Below, piece after piece: positions 33,637-33,940 of a stretch of 33,940 bases of DNA. Position numbers and translations under genes: made by a program. The stretch comes from Pelomyxa schiedti (lineage: Eukaryota; Protista; Evosea). How positions within the stretch are numbered: the first letter of the stretch is position 1; every line of letters begins with the position of its first letter. The notes under the pieces are model-generated. The model was not told where the DNA came from and did not search any database. It worked only from the letters and a program-made list of their open reading frames with translations. The DNA lies in the NCBI GenBank assembly GCA_020536535.1, contig JAHLWZ010000981.1:1-33940 (forward strand). Reading direction: 5' to 3'.

Positions 33637-33940
33637 ACTTTTCTCTCCTGTTTTTTATAACTACTAGTTTCTCTTTTTCCTTATTGGTTTACCTATGTTT
33701 TTTGGGAGACTGGTAGTGATAATAAGTGCATAATCAAAGCTTCCAGGTCATGGGTGCTGCCTGCTGGTAACCATGTTTACACGAACTTGATGTGGTACAC
33801 AAAAATGGCTGTACTGCTAGTTGTATTTTTATGGTGCTCTGCTGCATTTGCCTTGATTTCATACCTTGCGTTGTACTGGTTTATTGTACCTAGTGCTATA
33901 GCAACTTACCCTGTCTACTTTAACTTTAGGTTTGTCCAAA

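Overview
Gene-dense, intron-rich eukaryotic DNA from a protist. The 'RARDQLAALL' gene family and the many 25-110 nt introns suggest a Pelomyxa-like amoebozoan, which is an inference. Apparently intact genes, in order: a Q-rich RRM protein (possible frameshift), an SLC38A9-like amino-acid transporter head-to-head with a membrane-anchored GH38 alpha-mannosidase, a nucleolin-like two-RRM protein, a large BRCT / Nup98-GLEBS-like / RCC1 / ankyrin / TIR / TIR-like / coiled-coil protein, an intronless 1426-aa ARM/Zn-finger protein, an aldo-keto reductase head-to-head with WDR61/Ski8, and an intronless 'ARDQ'-family gene. A SAP-polyQ-Kelch gene is interrupted by a 126-bp templated inverted insertion. 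At about 12.0-14.4 kb there is a decayed block with an ornithine decarboxylase pseudogene, scrambled ARDQ-family fragments and a damaged MTA/SAH-nucleosidase-like gene. No rRNA, tRNA, CRISPR or recognisable transposase was seen. Exon structures were spliced by eye, and CDS coordinates are outer gene spans.
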